From Fusobacteriota bacterium (GTDB lineage Bacteria; Bacillota; TC1): 64,000 nucleotides of DNA. The DNA lies in contig JAKEGG010000007.1 of the NCBI GenBank assembly GCA_022615965.1, positions 28,067 through 92,066 on the forward strand. Direction: 5' to 3'. The translations under genes and the position numbers were made by a program. The notes below the pieces were generated by a model. The model was not told the DNA's origin. It worked only from the letters and a program-made list of their open reading frames with translations, and searched no databases. This document shows positions 46,727 to 57,626 of the stretch, in pieces (positions within the stretch are counted from its first letter, which is position 1; every line of letters starts with the position of its first letter).

Positions 46727-47187
46727 TAATTAATTTCCTCAATATTTTCTGCTTTATCAATAAATAAGATTCCATTGAGATGATCGATCTCATGCTGAAG
46801 AATTCTTGCAAACATATCTGTTGCAATTATTCTAATATCTTCACCCCTTTTATTTTTACCTTCAACTACAATTTTGGTAAATCTATTTACATCTCCAATT
46901 TTACCAGGAACACTTAAACAACCCTCTTTACCTAGACATTCTCCTTCTGATTCTACTATTACAGGATTTATCACTTCTATCAGTCTATCTTCTTCTTCTT
47001 TATAGGCAATGATTACTCTCTTTGAAATGCCTATCTGTGGAGCAGCTAATCCTACTCCATCTTCTTCATTTAATGTTTCAATCATATTTCTGATTAATTT
47101 ATCTATTCTGTCATCAAATTTCGTTACTTCCTTGGCATTTGACTTCAAAATTTCATCACCAACAGTAACTACATTATATATTGCCAT
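46726..47187 (-). CDS. def: Peptide deformylase
   Basis: 153 aa. GVGLAAPQIG, EGCLSVPG and HEIDHLNG motifs. Confidence 0.96.
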   Translation of the reverse strand: MAIYNVVTVGDEILKSNAKEVTKFDDRIDKLIRNMIETLNEEDGVGLAAPQIGISKRVIIAYKEEEDRLIEVINPVIVESEGECLGKEGCLSVPGKIGDVNRFTKIVVEGKNKRGEDIRIIATDMFARILQHEIDHLNGILFIDKAENIEEIN

Positions 47188-47195
47188 TTTACCTC

Positions 47196-49364
47196 CTAAT
47201 GAATTAATGGATTTAGTTCAATAAACAATAAGTATTGCGTATTCATCTCCATCATATGTTTAAAATATAGCTTTCCTAAAGTTTCTATTTGTTTTTTGTC
47301 ACTTGTTTTAATGACTACCTGCCATTTGTACTTATTTTTACTTTTCTCAATTCGTGATGGCTTTGGCCTGAAAATATTTTCTTTAACAAATACTTTTGAT
47401 AAATCATCATATATTGTCCAGATCATTGAAATCACTTTATCTCGGTCAGGTCCTATTAGGTTAAGTACAAAGATATCTGAAAAAGGCGGATAATTAAACC
47501 GTTTCCTAAAATTTATTTCCTTTTGATAAAAGCTGTCATAATTAAATTTTGCTATATCTTTATATATTATATCAAATGGTTGATAGGTTTGTAATAATAC
47601 TGTTCCTTTTTTTTCCCTACGGCTTGTTCTTCCAGCAATTTGCATTAAAGATTGAAATGTCCATTCTCTGGATCTATAATCTGGGATATTCAAGGTTATA
47701 TCTCCTAATATTATACCTATTAGAGAAACATTAGGGAAATCCAGTCCTTTAGATAATATCTGTGTTCCTACTAAAATATCTATCTGATTAGCTTTAAACT
47801 TTTCTAAGATCATTTTTCTTCTCGATAATCCTCCTGCTAAGTCACTATCCAATCTTTCAATAATTTTCTCAGGAAATTCATTTTTAATAATTTCTACAAT
47901 TTTTTCAGTGCCTGAACCTATACCTCTTATTCTGCTGCTTTGACATTCAGGACATATTTTATGAAAAGTTTCATTATAATTGCAATAATGACAAATCAAC
48001 ATATTGTTTTTTTCATGATAGGTCAAGGGGATTTTACAGTCAGGACACTCAATTACATTACCACAATCTCTGCAAATAATAAAATTATTATATCCTCTTC
48101 TATTTAAGTATAATATTACTTTTTCGCCCTTAATCATACAGTCATTGATTTTAGTTTTAAGTTGTTTACTGATTACTGAAAAATTGCCTTCTTTAAGTTC
48201 ATTTCTCATGTCGACAACTTCAATAAATGGATCTTTTTGTCCAAAATATTTATTTTTTAATTCAATTAGTCTGTAATCACCTGATGTGGCCTTATAGTAT
48301 GAATCAACAGATGGTGTCGCAGTTCCAAGAACCACAACTGACTGGCTGATTTCTCCTCTATAAATAGCTACTTCCCTGGCATGGTAGTTTGGATTAGTAC
48401 TTTGATAATAACTATTATCATGTTCTTCATCTACAATTATTAATCCTAAATCAGCAAATCTGGTAAATACTGCAGATCTAGGTCCAATGATTATATTTTT
48501 TTCACCATTCATTAATTCATCTAAGGATAGATTTTTTACACCACTAGATATTTTACTATGCCATTTAGCTACGTTATCTGGAAAAGCAGCGTTAAACCTA
48601 TCAATCAATTCTTCAGTTAAATTTATTTCTGGCATTAACACCAATGCTTGTTTGCCTTTTTCAAGACATTCTGTGATTAGTTTGAAATATATCTCTGTTT
48701 TACCACTACCAGTAACTCCTTTAAGTAAAAAAACCTCACTTTTCTCTTTATCAATACTAGCAGAGATCTGATTATAGGCTTTCTTTTGTTCTTCATTTAA
48801 TATAATATCAGTATTTCTTTGCTTAAATATTTCTCTCTTAATCAGATTTTCTTTTAAAAGCCTGTTGATCAATTGCTTGTTATATCCAGCTTCTAATAAT
48901 TGAGTAAAGCTTATTATACCTTCATTATTAAGCAAAGTTAATAATTCTTTTCCTTTAGATTTTCTTAGATCAGATATATTGCCTGAATAATTTTCATTAA
49001 TTTTAAAATGAAATTTATTAATATTTTTTTTAACTTTGGTTTTTTTAATATTCATCAATTTTAAAACACTTGCCATAGGAAGGAAATATCTTTCTTTGAT
49101 AAAAGAAGCTAATTTTAATAATTCCTTGTCTATTATTGTTTTAGTATTATCGATTCCTTGTATATTTTTAATATTTATCTCTAAAATATCAACTTCATTT
49201 TTTACTTCTAAGACATATCCTTTTGTACTTCTATTTGTTTTTCCAAATGGGAAAATAACTGTTTGACCCACTTCAATTAAATCTTTAAGTTCTTCTGGCA
49301 CCTTATAAGTATATAAACAGTTTAGTTTTCTTGTTTCTAGGGTAGTGATAACTTCTACGTACAT
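47196..49364 (-). CDS. priA: Primosomal replication restart helicase PriA
   Basis: 722 aa. GVTGSGKTE, DEEHD, and a Cys-rich zinc-binding insertion (CRDCG..CPDC..CHYC..CPEC). Confidence 0.95.
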   Translation of the reverse strand: MYVEVITTLETRKLNCLYTYKVPEELKDLIEVGQTVIFPFGKTNRSTKGYVLEVKNEVDILEINIKNIQGIDNTKTIIDKELLKLASFIKERYFLPMASVLKLMNIKKTKVKKNINKFHFKINENYSGNISDLRKSKGKELLTLLNNEGIISFTQLLEAGYNKQLINRLLKENLIKREIFKQRNTDIILNEEQKKAYNQISASIDKEKSEVFLLKGVTGSGKTEIYFKLITECLEKGKQALVLMPEINLTEELIDRFNAAFPDNVAKWHSKISSGVKNLSLDELMNGEKNIIIGPRSAVFTRFADLGLIIVDEEHDNSYYQSTNPNYHAREVAIYRGEISQSVVVLGTATPSVDSYYKATSGDYRLIELKNKYFGQKDPFIEVVDMRNELKEGNFSVISKQLKTKINDCMIKGEKVILYLNRRGYNNFIICRDCGNVIECPDCKIPLTYHEKNNMLICHYCNYNETFHKICPECQSSRIRGIGSGTEKIVEIIKNEFPEKIIERLDSDLAGGLSRRKMILEKFKANQIDILVGTQILSKGLDFPNVSLIGIILGDITLNIPDYRSREWTFQSLMQIAGRTSRREKKGTVLLQTYQPFDIIYKDIAKFNYDSFYQKEINFRKRFNYPPFSDIFVLNLIGPDRDKVISMIWTIYDDLSKVFVKENIFRPKPSRIEKSKNKYKWQVVIKTSDKKQIETLGKLYFKHMMEMNTQYLLFIELNPLIH

Positions 49365-50077
49365 TATATGATTCCTTTAAAATAATTAATCAACAGAATG
49401 ATTCCTCCATACAATATAGGAACAAAAACTCCTGGGAGCAGGTTAACTACATTTATTTTTTTCTTAGATAAATTCAGCATATTAATACCAATAGCAACAA
49501 TCAACAAGCTACCTATAACTGACATAGAAGTAATAATATCTGTAGTTAAGTAATCTTTAAGAAAAGTTGCCAGCAAAGAAATCACGCCTTGATATATTAA
49601 AACACTACCAGCTGACAGCAAAACTGATATACCAAAACTTGAAGCAAAAATAAAGGCTGTTACTCCATCTAAGGCTGACTTGATATACAATATATCAAAG
49701 TCATTTTTTAAAACTGCATCAAAGGGACCAACTATAGACATGGCACCAATACAAAATAATATGGTTGTACTGATAAAACCTTCTTTAAAATTATCTTCAT
49801 CTTTGGTCTTCATCTTATCCTTTAAAAAATGGGTAAAATCATTTAGTTTTCTGTCTAAATTCAATACCTCTCCTATTATTGCTCCAATCATGATTGAAAA
49901 AATATAAAGTATAGGATTATCACCTTCCATTGCTCCTGATATTCCTACTACTATAACGAATAGGCTAAAGCCTTCCATTATTCTATCTCCTATTATTTTG
50001 GGAGTTTTTTTATGGAACATTAAACCTATAGCTCCACCAATTAGTATTGCTATTACATTAATTATAGTTCCGTACAT
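49364..50077 (-). CDS. DUF554-family membrane protein
   Basis: 237 aa, polytopic. The N-terminus GTIINVIAILIGGAIGL is typical of the YdfK/YqgA-like family. Confidence 0.7.
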   Translation of the reverse strand: MYGTIINVIAILIGGAIGLMFHKKTPKIIGDRIMEGFSLFVIVVGISGAMEGDNPILYIFSIMIGAIIGEVLNLDRKLNDFTHFLKDKMKTKDEDNFKEGFISTTILFCIGAMSIVGPFDAVLKNDFDILYIKSALDGVTAFIFASSFGISVLLSAGSVLIYQGVISLLATFLKDYLTTDIITSMSVIGSLLIVAIGINMLNLSKKKINVVNLLPGVFVPILYGGIILLINYFKGII

Positions 50078-50119
50078 GTTTCACCTACTTCTATTATTTG
50101 GTATAATTAGCTAAAAACC

Positions 50120-50794
50120 ATGGAGGCCACCATGCAACAATATGATTTCAGCCAGTATTTCGATCATACAAATTTAAAAAATGATTTTGATTATATTCAA
50201 CTTAATAATTTAATTGATGAAGCCAAAGAATATGGCTTTAATACTATTTGTATTCCTCCTATTTATGTTTCCAAGGCAAAGGAAATATACAAGGATATTA
50301 AAATAACAACAGTAATTGATTTTCCCTTTGGATACTCAAATTTTAATAGTAAAATTTCCCAATTAGATGCTGCTTTTCATGATGGTGCTGATGAGTTCGA
50401 TTTAGTTATGGCACCAATGATAATTAAAAACAAAGAATATTTGTATTATGAAAATGTTATTGCTTCAGCTAAAAAAACAATAGGTAGTAAAGTTTTAAAA
50501 ATCATTATTGAAACTAGTCAGTTAGATAATTCAGAAATCATTGATGTCAGTAAAATATGTGAAAGTACAAATGCTGACTATATTAAAACCTCATCAGGCT
50601 ATGGGTCACGTGGCGCTGACCTGAAAGATATTGAGTTGATCAAACTTGGTGCACCAAACACAAAAATAAAAGCATCAGGAGGTATTAAAACTCTTGCTGA
50701 TGCTTTAAGTTTTATTGATATGGGAGTATCTCGTATTGGCTCTAGTAATTCTGTAGAAATTCTAAAGAGCTTTGTAGTTGCCAATAGAATTTAA
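50120..50794 (+). CDS. deoC: Deoxyribose-phosphate aldolase
   Basis: DHTNLK, ADYIKTSSGYG (Schiff-base Lys) and KASGGI motifs. The true start may be the second ATG at 50132, because GGAGG lies inside the first codons. Confidence 0.92.
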   Translation: MEATMQQYDFSQYFDHTNLKNDFDYIQLNNLIDEAKEYGFNTICIPPIYVSKAKEIYKDIKITTVIDFPFGYSNFNSKISQLDAAFHDGADEFDLVMAPMIIKNKEYLYYENVIASAKKTIGSKVLKIIIETSQLDNSEIIDVSKICESTNADYIKTSSGYGSRGADLKDIELIKLGAPNTKIKASGGIKTLADALSFIDMGVSRIGSSNSVEILKSFVVANRI

Positions 50795-51925
50795 TACTTC
50801 TATTACATAATCTATTTCTTCTTTTTTAGTATAATGACCTATTGAAAAACGGATACTACCAGAAGGACTTTTAAAGGTTTTATGAGCTAATGGACTGCAA
50901 TGCAAACCACTTCTGCACATTATCCCATGTTGATAATCAAGGATTCCTGCTAATTCACCACTATCGATGCCTTTGATATTAAATGATATCAATGGTAGTT
51001 TTTCTCCGTACATATCACCATAAAAACTAATGCCAGGTATATTCTTTATCCCTTCATATAATCTATCATGTAAATGCATTTCTCTTTCATATGCATCTCT
51101 TATATTAATACTAAGCAAATATTCTAAGGCTCCATGAAGTCCTGCAATACCTATAACATTTAGTGTTCCTGCTTCAAATCTATCTGGTAGCATTTCAGGC
51201 ATCTTTGCTTCTTCAGAAAAACTTCCTGTACCTCCATCAATTAAGGTATTAATAGAATTACCAATCTCTTCCTTTAAAATAAATCCACCAATACCCATAG
51301 GACCCATAAGGTGTTTATGTCCTGTAAAGGTAAAAACATCACAATAAAGCTCCTTAAAATCAACTGGAATAGAACCTGCTGATTGGGCTCCATCAACAAT
51401 CAAGAAACATTCCTTTGTTTTACAAATCTTTCCTATTTCTCTTATTGGTAAAATATGACCAGAAACATTTGAAGCATGGTTCATAATACATAGTTTTGTA
51501 TTTTCTTTAAAATACTTTGGAAATTTATCAAGAGGAAAAACACCATCAGAATCAACTTCCACAATATCATAATCAATTATTCCATCTATTTTCAAATGCT
51601 CAACTACTCTTAAAACACTATTGTGCTCCAAAGAAGATATCAACAAATGATCGCCCTTTTCTACCATACCCTTGATCGTTACGTTTAATGATTCAGTAAC
51701 ATTTTTGGTGAAGATAACATGGTCTTTAAGAGAGGCATTAAAGAATTCTTTGATCTTATGCCTGGTATTAAACACAAGCTTTCCAGCTTCAAGTGCCAGC
51801 TGATATCCACCTCTTCCAGGATTAGTATTATTAGATTTATAAAATTCTTCAATTCGCTTAAATACTTCATTTGGTTTTTTAAAGCTAGTTGCACCATAAT
51901 CTAAATAAACTTTCATTTTTATCAT
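50762..51925 (-). CDS. Class V aminotransferase-fold cysteine desulfurase / selenocysteine lyase-like protein
   Basis: 387 aa. PLP Lys in FTGHKHLMGP and an active-site Cys loop RSGLHCSP. Distinct from the nifS at 58070. Confidence 0.8.
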   Translation of the reverse strand: MIKMKVYLDYGATSFKKPNEVFKRIEEFYKSNNTNPGRGGYQLALEAGKLVFNTRHKIKEFFNASLKDHVIFTKNVTESLNVTIKGMVEKGDHLLISSLEHNSVLRVVEHLKIDGIIDYDIVEVDSDGVFPLDKFPKYFKENTKLCIMNHASNVSGHILPIREIGKICKTKECFLIVDGAQSAGSIPVDFKELYCDVFTFTGHKHLMGPMGIGGFILKEEIGNSINTLIDGGTGSFSEEAKMPEMLPDRFEAGTLNVIGIAGLHGALEYLLSINIRDAYEREMHLHDRLYEGIKNIPGISFYGDMYGEKLPLISFNIKGIDSGELAGILDYQHGIMCRSGLHCSPLAHKTFKSPSGSIRFSIGHYTKKEEIDYVIEVLNSIGNYKAL

Positions 51926-51964
51926 CTCCTATGTATAATTATTATATGAAAAGGGGTGAAATAA

Positions 51965-52186
51965 TTGACATATATATACGTAACTTTCAAAACAACCAAT
52001 GATGCATTAAATTTCGAAGAGCATTTTAAAAATGTATTGCCTTTTTGGCTCATACCTGTTCCCAGGGAACTTTCACATAGTTGTGGAATATCTGCTAGAT
52101 TTAAGGATATCGAGGTCGATGAACTGGAAAAGCTTATTATTTCAAATCAATTAAATTTTGATCAGATACATAAAATTACCAGATAG
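51965..52186 (+). CDS. DUF3343 (putative Se/S carrier-like) small protein
   Basis: 73 aa. LIPVPRELSHSCGISARF matches the conserved Cys loop of the family. TTG start with GGGGTG upstream. Confidence 0.75.
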   Translation: MTYIYVTFKTTNDALNFEEHFKNVLPFWLIPVPRELSHSCGISARFKDIEVDELEKLIISNQLNFDQIHKITR

Positions 52187-52187
52187 T

Positions 52188-54098
52188 CTACCATGAGCCT
52201 CCACCGCCACCTCCGAAGCCTCCACCTGAAAAACCTCCGCCTCCGGAAAAGCCTCCACCACCAAAACTGGATTTTGAAGCTTGCATTACGCTTGTGTAGC
52301 TTGTTCTTGCCACTGTATCAATATTGTGCAAATAGCTATAAAGAAATATATAATTTAAGGTGTTTATTCCAGAACCATAATAAGTTTCTGGAATATTCAT
52401 TTTTATATCACTGAATTTTTCTGTAAATATTTTAGAAACTCCTAAAATATGAGCATAAGGTAATATATCAAAGAAATAACTTGGTTGCTCTTTAACAAGC
52501 ATTTCCAGCTCATTTTTTTTAGCAATAAGCATAAATTCTCTGAAACCCTCTATTCTGCCGAGCATATTGATATGTTCATCATTTCTCTTTTTTATAAAGA
52601 AACTGAAGCTATAGGCTATTTCCAACAAAAATATAAGAATAAGTAAACTCAGATTATTACTTAATAATTGGATTAAAGACAATCCAAAAATATTCGTAAA
52701 AGCAAGTAAAATAAAATAAATATAACTGTGTTTTTTAGTACCTGAAATTGATTTTTCCAGCTTATTACTTAAGATCAAATTGATGATGGAATAATTTATC
52801 AGTACAATTATTACAGGTAAAAATATCATAAAGCTATAGTGATCGAACAAGGTAAACCCTGCTAATCCTAAGATAAATGTTGTACCAATAATCATCATGA
52901 CTTTAAATAAATTTGACTTTTTGTCTGTTTGATTATAGCCAGTAATGTTAATAACAGCTGCTTGACCTGCAGAATAAAAAATTTCTTCTAAATCCTTTTT
53001 AGTCAACTCGCTCTTATTTTTAAATAAATTATTGTAAAACTGTATAATATGATTTTTTTCTTTTAATAATTGCTTTTCTGTCTTTTTAATATTGAAATTT
53101 TTATCGTCTAAAAATTCAATTGTCAGATAACCTTTATTGGCAAGATAATATATCAAAGAGCTTGCTTCCTTGATACCCTTGTTGCCTCCAAGATTGCCAT
53201 CGATCTCATTATAAATGAAATAAATTTCCAAAGGTGTTAAATCATCTGGAGGTCTAAATTCTAAGACTCTGATAATTTTTTTATCTCTGCCATAAAAATA
53301 CCATATTATCCCAACAAACAGTAGATTGACTATAGCAAGAATGAAAAATATAGGTGTGAACATCTGAAAATTAGACTTTAATATTGGAGCAGTTGAAAAA
53401 TAATCATCTGGTACAGGTAGAAAGATTGTCAGATATTCATTGTTTGATATTGGTTTATTAATCGAACCTTTGATAACAAAGCGACCATCACTTAAAGTTT
53501 CAGTTGCATAACTAGCACTGGAAATATCTGAACTACCTACACCACCCTGATAAAATTTCATTTGGCTAATATCAATTTTTGATGGTAAAACTATTCTAAA
53601 GCTCCCTTTATTAATATTAGTTTCCATATTTCCCATTATATTATAATAAACAAATTGTTTTTCAGGTAATTTTCCTATTTGATACTCATAATTTATCAAA
53701 TAGTTTACCTTACCAATAACATAACTATCCGGGTCACCTATTCTAAGATTAACAAATTTATAATTATTAGTTTCATCATATGAAACTTTTAATTCTTTGT
53801 CTTTAACCTTGATATCTTTAACCTTGATAAAAAGTTGTGAATAATCATATGTCTGGTTTTCAAAAACTGTTTTATTATAATAACGATAAGGAATATAACG
53901 ATAGATACCATGTTGATAATTTGTAAATTCAACATCTATATTTTCAGTAACCTTATAAAAGTTATTTTGATCAATTTCAATATTAACATCGTAGTTATCA
54001 ATAATATAGTTGGAATTAGCACTAACACTATGCCCAAAACATAGTGTTAGAAAAAAAACTATTATTATTGAAAAAATAATGCTAATAAATCTTTGCAT
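52188..54098 (-). CDS. DUF2207-domain membrane protein with Gly-rich C-terminal tail
   Basis: 636 aa. Signal/TM, an extracytoplasmic beta-rich domain, several TM helices, and the tail GGGGFSGGGGFSGGGFGGGGGGSW. Sits immediately behind lemA. Confidence 0.8.
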   Translation of the reverse strand: MQRFISIIFSIIIVFFLTLCFGHSVSANSNYIIDNYDVNIEIDQNNFYKVTENIDVEFTNYQHGIYRYIPYRYYNKTVFENQTYDYSQLFIKVKDIKVKDKELKVSYDETNNYKFVNLRIGDPDSYVIGKVNYLINYEYQIGKLPEKQFVYYNIMGNMETNINKGSFRIVLPSKIDISQMKFYQGGVGSSDISSASYATETLSDGRFVIKGSINKPISNNEYLTIFLPVPDDYFSTAPILKSNFQMFTPIFFILAIVNLLFVGIIWYFYGRDKKIIRVLEFRPPDDLTPLEIYFIYNEIDGNLGGNKGIKEASSLIYYLANKGYLTIEFLDDKNFNIKKTEKQLLKEKNHIIQFYNNLFKNKSELTKKDLEEIFYSAGQAAVINITGYNQTDKKSNLFKVMMIIGTTFILGLAGFTLFDHYSFMIFLPVIIVLINYSIINLILSNKLEKSISGTKKHSYIYFILLAFTNIFGLSLIQLLSNNLSLLILIFLLEIAYSFSFFIKKRNDEHINMLGRIEGFREFMLIAKKNELEMLVKEQPSYFFDILPYAHILGVSKIFTEKFSDIKMNIPETYYGSGINTLNYIFLYSYLHNIDTVARTSYTSVMQASKSSFGGGGFSGGGGFSGGGFGGGGGGSW

Positions 54099-54650
54099 TT
54101 AGAATTTGACCTCTGGGACCGTTTTACTTTCTTCTTCTGTTTCAAAAAATTCTGCTTGTTTAAATCCAGCAAGAGCTGCAACTATATTGGCAGGAATCTT
54201 TTGTATACTGGTATTATATTCTCTGACTGCTCCATTGTAATATTTTCTACTCATAGATATATCATCTTCCAGTTTACTTAGTTGAGACTGTAAGTCTAAA
54301 AAATTAGTATTGGCTTTAAGATCTGGATAGCTTTCAGATAATGCAAATAATGTTTTTAAAGTTGCTGATAGTTGATTGTTTGCAACTTGCTCTGCTTCCA
54401 TGCTGCCTGCATTCATTGCAGTTGCTCTGGCAGCAACAACTTTTTCTAAGGTTTCTTTTTCATGACTTGCATAACCTTTTACTGTTTCAACCAGATTAGG
54501 CACCAAATCATACCTTTTTTTCAAAAAAACATCAATCGAAGATAATGCCTCTTCAACATTGACCTTATTCCTGATTAGGCTGTTATATATGCCTACTCCA
54601 AAAATAATTATTACAAAAAGAACTACAACAACAGCTATGGCAATCCACAT
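54099..54650 (-). CDS. lemA: LemA family protein
   Basis: 183 aa. N-terminal TM helix, then [33 protein letters not shown]-type LemA core. Confidence 0.88.
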   Translation of the reverse strand: [183 protein letters not shown]

Positions 54651-54698
54651 TATATTCCCACCTTTCTTACTATTGATTATATCATATTTATATACTAA

Positions 54699-55826
54699 TT
54701 AATCTAAAAAGTCTTTTAACTTTTTACTTCTGCTAGGATGTTTAAGCTTTCTCAAAGCCTTTGCTTCAATCTGTCTTATTCTTTCTCTTGTTACACCAAA
54801 TTCTTTGCCAACTTCTTCCAAAGTTCTACTACGTCCATCATCAAGACCAAATCTCAATGCCAACACCTTTTTTTCTCTGTCAGTCAGAGTATCCAACACT
54901 TCTTCCAGCTGTTTCTTTAAAAGCATAAAAGCAGCACTTTCAGGAGGTGACAGGGCTCCTTCATCTTCAACAAAATCACCTAAATGACTGTCTTCTTCCT
55001 CTCCTATTGGGGTTTCCAAGGAAACTGGATCCAAAGATATTTTTTGAATTTCTCTTATTTTTTCTATCGTGATACCCATTCTCTCAGCAATTTCTTCAGG
55101 CTTTGGATCTCGACCTAACTCCTGAAGTAATTGTCTTGAAATACGTACATATTTATTAATAGTCTCGACCATGTGAACAGGTATTCTTATTGTACGAGCC
55201 TGATCAGCTATAGCTCTGGTAATAGCCTGTCTGATCCACCAGGTTGCATAGGTACTAAATTTAAATCCTTTTTTATAGTCGAATTTATCGATCGCTTTGA
55301 TAAGACCTAGGTTGCCTTCCTGAATCAAATCAAGGAATAGCATGCCTCTTCCTACATATCTTTTAGCAATGCTTACAACAAGCCTCAAGTTTGCTTCTGC
55401 CAACTTACGCTTGGCATTTTCATCCCCAGCAGCCATTTTTTTTGCCAAATCAACTTCTTCCTCAGAGGTCAGCAAATTGACCCTACCAATTTCTTTCAGG
55501 TACATCCTGACTGGATCATCGATAGCCACACCATCGGAGACAGTTAAATCTAGTTTTCCTACAATTTCATTTTCGATTTCTTCGATTTCTTCATCAATCA
55601 AATCTATTCCTTGTTTTTCCAATTCATCGTATATGAAAGAAAAATCTTCCAAAGATAGATCCAGATCCTGATAAGCATCCTTTATTTCATCCTTAGATGT
55701 CAAATGGATGTCATTATTCCCACCAAGAATGTCTGATACTATTCCGTTTAAAGCATCTTGTTTTGCTTTATCCTTTGCTTCTATATCAACTGGTTCTGCT
55801 TTTTTTGCTTTACTTATTTTCGCCAT
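54699..55826 (-). CDS. rpoD: Primary RNA polymerase sigma factor
   Basis: 375 aa. Regions 1.2-4.2, including [27 protein letters not shown] and [20 protein letters not shown]. Confidence 0.97.
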   Translation of the reverse strand: MAKISKAKKAEPVDIEAKDKAKQDALNGIVSDILGGNNDIHLTSKDEIKDAYQDLDLSLEDFSFIYDELEKQGIDLIDEEIEEIENEIVGKLDLTVSDGVAIDDPVRMYLKEIGRVNLLTSEEEVDLAKKMAAGDENAKRKLAEANLRLVVSIAKRYVGRGMLFLDLIQEGNLGLIKAIDKFDYKKGFKFSTYATWWIRQAITRAIADQARTIRIPVHMVETINKYVRISRQLLQELGRDPKPEEIAERMGITIEKIREIQKISLDPVSLETPIGEEEDSHLGDFVEDEGALSPPESAAFMLLKKQLEEVLDTLTDREKKVLALRFGLDDGRSRTLEEVGKEFGVTRERIRQIEAKALRKLKHPSRSKKLKDFLD

Positions 55827-57624
55827 ATTTGCCCCCTTGTATCTCTTTTTTTTTCTCCATGTAAAATTCCCACTTTTTTTGTAGTTCGTTAAGCTTATCT
55901 ATATTTCCTTTTTTATCCTCAAAATTTATTTCTTCATTAATTTTTTTTATACGATTTTCATAATCAAGTTCTATAACTTTATTTACATATTGATGAAAAT
56001 CATTTTCAGTTAGTTTGATTTCATCCTTAAAAGATAAACCTGCTAAATATTCTTTAATATCATCATCGCCTATTTGTTCAAGCATTTCAGCTATTTTCAT
56101 ATAACCATCTTTATATAATTCTTCGATTTTCTTTAATATTTTGATTACCAGTTCATTGGTGAAATACTTCAGTTTATCATTAAACGAATAATTATCTAAA
56201 AAAGTTAGGTGATTCACTAAATGTTGTACTACTTCAAATTCAGCTTTATCTTTTCGGACAGAATCTGCAGTATTATGAAGTTTACTGATCGTTGATGGTT
56301 TTATAACAGTATTATTTATGACACTATTATTATGAAAAATAATATTTTCCAAATCTTTTTTGTCGACATTGAATTCCTGGCTGATAATATGGAGATACTC
56401 TTTTTTTAAAAGCTCATCTTCTTTGGACATTATTTCTGGTATCAGATATCTGATAGCCTTGATTTTTTCTTCTGGAATTGTTAAATCCATTTTATCCTTA
56501 ATTAAATCCAATAAATAGATAAAGGAGCTTTTACTTACTCTTATTCTTTCCAGAAAAGCATTTAAGCCATATTTAATAATATATTCATCTGGGTCTTTGG
56601 CTCCAGTTAACTGGGCAACCCTAATTTCAGCTTTTAATGGTCTGAACATTTCTATTGCTCTGATAGTAGCCTTATTACCAGCATTGTCATTATCATATAC
56701 CAAAACAATTTCATTGCTATATCTTAGCATCAGCTTACACTGTTCTTCAGTAAGTGCAGTACCTAAAGATGCAATTGCATTATATACTCCTTTTTGCCAT
56801 ACTGATATAACATCCATATAGCCTTCCATAAGAATTATTTGATTGGTTTTTCTGATTTCATCCTTAGCATTAAATAAGCCATATAAATTGTTTTTTTTCT
56901 TAAAAATCAATGTTTCTGGGGAGTTTAAATATTTAGGTTCCCCTTCTCCTAATATTCTGCCTCCAAAACCTATAATCTTGTTTTTAATATTATCTATAGG
57001 AAAAATCAACCTATTGAAAAATTTACTATATATTCTCCCATCCATACTTTTGGAAAAAATACCACTTTCAATCAGCTCTTCATCCATATAACCTAGCTTT
57101 TGTAACTGTTGCACCAGTTCATGGCTTTTATAGGGAGCATAACCGATTTTAAATTTATCAAGTGTATCTTTTGAAAGACCTCTGTTTCTAGCATAGGCCA
57201 AGGCTTCCTTGCCATATTCATCATATATTTTTTTATAAAAATATCTGGCCACAAACTGATGTATGTTATATAGTCTTTCTTTTTTATCATCAATTTCTCT
57301 GTTTCCTTGATATCCCTTATATGTATATTCATCACGTAACTCTATGCTATATTTATCAGCAAGATATTTTAAAGCTTCTGGGAAAGACAAATGCTCATGT
57401 TCCATCAAAAAAGTAAATACATTACCTGATGCGTTACATCCAAAACAATGATATATTTGCTTTTCAGGACTAACTGTAAAGGAAGCAGTTTTTTCATTAT
57501 GAAAGGGACAATTAGTAATAAAGTTTCTACCCCTTTTTTTAAGGGGTAGAAACTCTCCTATTACATTTACTATATCAGCCTTTAATTTGATTTCTTCAAT
57601 AACGTTTTCGTTATGAAAACTCAT
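55810..57624 (-). CDS. dnaG: DNA primase
   Basis: 604 aa. Zinc ribbon [18 protein letters not shown] and TOPRIM (EGYMDV, DNDNAG). Confidence 0.96.
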   Translation of the reverse strand: MSFHNENVIEEIKLKADIVNVIGEFLPLKKRGRNFITNCPFHNEKTASFTVSPEKQIYHCFGCNASGNVFTFLMEHEHLSFPEALKYLADKYSIELRDEYTYKGYQGNREIDDKKERLYNIHQFVARYFYKKIYDEYGKEALAYARNRGLSKDTLDKFKIGYAPYKSHELVQQLQKLGYMDEELIESGIFSKSMDGRIYSKFFNRLIFPIDNIKNKIIGFGGRILGEGEPKYLNSPETLIFKKKNNLYGLFNAKDEIRKTNQIILMEGYMDVISVWQKGVYNAIASLGTALTEEQCKLMLRYSNEIVLVYDNDNAGNKATIRAIEMFRPLKAEIRVAQLTGAKDPDEYIIKYGLNAFLERIRVSKSSFIYLLDLIKDKMDLTIPEEKIKAIRYLIPEIMSKEDELLKKEYLHIISQEFNVDKKDLENIIFHNNSVINNTVIKPSTISKLHNTADSVRKDKAEFEVVQHLVNHLTFLDNYSFNDKLKYFTNELVIKILKKIEELYKDGYMKIAEMLEQIGDDDIKEYLAGLSFKDEIKLTENDFHQYVNKVIELDYENRIKKINEEINFEDKKGNIDKLNELQKKWEFYMEKKKEIQGGKYGENK

Positions 57625-57626
57625 AC

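Noticed and set aside
52191-52262. GC-rich, internally repetitive DNA island (CCTCCACC-type repeats) as a possible REP element, mobile-element scar or repeat array.
   Set aside because: It is in frame and encodes the Gly/Phe/Ser-rich C-terminal tail of the DUF2207 protein. The repetition follows from GGx codons.
57093-57335. 80-aa minus-strand ORF inside dnaG.
   Set aside because: It is an out-of-frame overlap entirely within the conserved primase coding region, with no independent signals.
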